Shown: positions 62,859 to 64,000 of the stretch, one piece after another | Numbering within the stretch: the first letter of the stretch is position 1 | Layout of the letters: each line of letters starts with the position of its first letter | Assembly: GCA_904063045.1 (NCBI GenBank) | Contig: CAJFCJ010000001.1 | Span: forward strand, 2,108,001 to 2,172,000 | Origin: Dimorphilus gyrociliatus | Lineage: Eukaryota > Animalia > Annelida | Reading direction: 5' to 3' | DNA: 64,000 bases | Program-made: the position numbers and the translations under genes | Notes under the pieces: model-generated | What the model was told of the DNA's origin: nothing | What the model saw: the letters and a program-made list of their open reading frames with translations, nothing else | Database searches by the model: none

Positions 62859-64000
62859 CTGTATGAGCGTATATGTATTCGAATAAGTATATAATACTAA
62901 ATATATAAATATCTACCGATGCATGTAATTTATCTTCTGCACAAATATTCCACAAGTTATTTACTATGCAAGACCGCGCAATCAGGAGATAATGTCAAAA
63001 AAGAAAGAAATAATTTATTAGCTTTTCGCGTGTTTGTCGAATGCTTTTCAAGTGTAAAATTTTACATAAAAGGAAAAAAAAGAAAAGAGGAGAGGGAAGA
63101 AGAAGGATAAAAGACGAATGGAGAGAAAGTGGTAAAAATAAATCTTGAAGATTTTCTACTTTCTCCGTAGATTCATAAATATTGATATAATATACTTGAA
63201 AGGAATTTCTGAGATTTTTTTTTATAACTACATTAGAAAAAGAACACGGATGCTAATCAATAAGATAACTTCATCTGTAACGCCTCTCATTCCTTCACAT
63301 CAAAGTAAAATACTCTTCCTCTCACAATTTTTTCTGCGCTGGGAACAGATTTGTCAGATGTATATTTTATATTAGCTAATGCTTTTTCATTGATTCATAT
63401 ATTTTTGAAGAAAAGACTTTAGGAAGTAGTAGGATCGCCATTAGGATTAAGCTAAGGTTCTTAAGATATAATTAATTTTATCTTGATACGTTCCATTTCC
63501 TCTCTTCTTCTTTCTCTCCCACCCCCTTCCTTTAATTCATCCCACTCTCCTCCTTTTTCTACTACTGGCCCATTATTTTATCCCTATTCCTTGTCCCCTT
63601 TTTCTACCTTATCTCTTACATTGCTTTTTACATATAGTCTCTTAATGTATTGATACAAAATATTTTAATAATACATTTTTTATATAAGAAACTATTAATA
63701 GAAAAAGTACAAGTTTAAACTCTTTTGTATAGTATCCAATGACCTCTTTGCTATTCTTTTGCAGATGAAAGAAGTTTAAAGGAAGTTATTAGTCATTCTT
63801 TTTCCATGTTAGAGAAACTAGGAACGTTTATCGAGAGTCATGCAAAGAATGGTTCAAAGCTCAATTAAATATTTCACGTTCCAGGTAAAAAAAAATATAA
63901 ACATAAAAGTAAATACAATCTATAACAACTGCAATATGTCTTTTTTTATATAATGGTCTTGCAGTATTACAGCTCGTTCATTTTAATAAGAGACAGGATA

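Noticed and set aside
1-64000. tRNA, rRNA, CRISPR arrays, transposase or reverse-transcriptase ORFs
   Set aside because: No T-loop/cloverleaf, rRNA, spacer-repeat or transposon-protein signatures seen by eye. A tRNAscan, Infernal or RepeatMasker run would be needed to exclude them formally.

Overview
Eukaryotic (animal) genomic DNA, very AT-rich and compact, with many 50-65 nt GT-AG introns and several head-to-head gene pairs. The gene content points to a protostome, probably a lophotrochozoan. A compact annelid genome such as Dimorphilus gyrociliatus would fit, but that is inference and was not verified. Gene models were assembled by hand from splice sites and reading phase. In order: AlaRS (5' part, minus), IWS1, GH35 beta-galactosidase, an orphan ORF, p22phox/CYBA (missed by the ORF track), COX18, a CWC25-like gene, RBM33-like, NFAT5-like, a single-LIM MLP/CRIP-like gene, TRNAU1AP with a ~710-aa same-strand orphan gene nested in intron 2, an orphan type-I membrane protein, MED8, an atypical Bcl-2 family gene, an ~8 kb gene-poor stretch, a MOGAT/DGAT2 acyltransferase, and most of a DEKA-type voltage-gated sodium channel (Nav1), whose 5' end lies beyond the window. 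The strongest signals are in the Nav gene. (i) The domain III selectivity-filter exon is duplicated ([19 protein letters not shown] vs [18 protein letters not shown]), giving probable mutually exclusive pore variants. (ii) A sequence next to the first exon's donor is complementary to two identical 14-nt elements in the intervening intron, like a docking/selector system. (iii) An obligatory GC-AG intron has its two ends pairing into a ~17-bp helix over both splice sites; retaining it would give a two-domain truncated channel.
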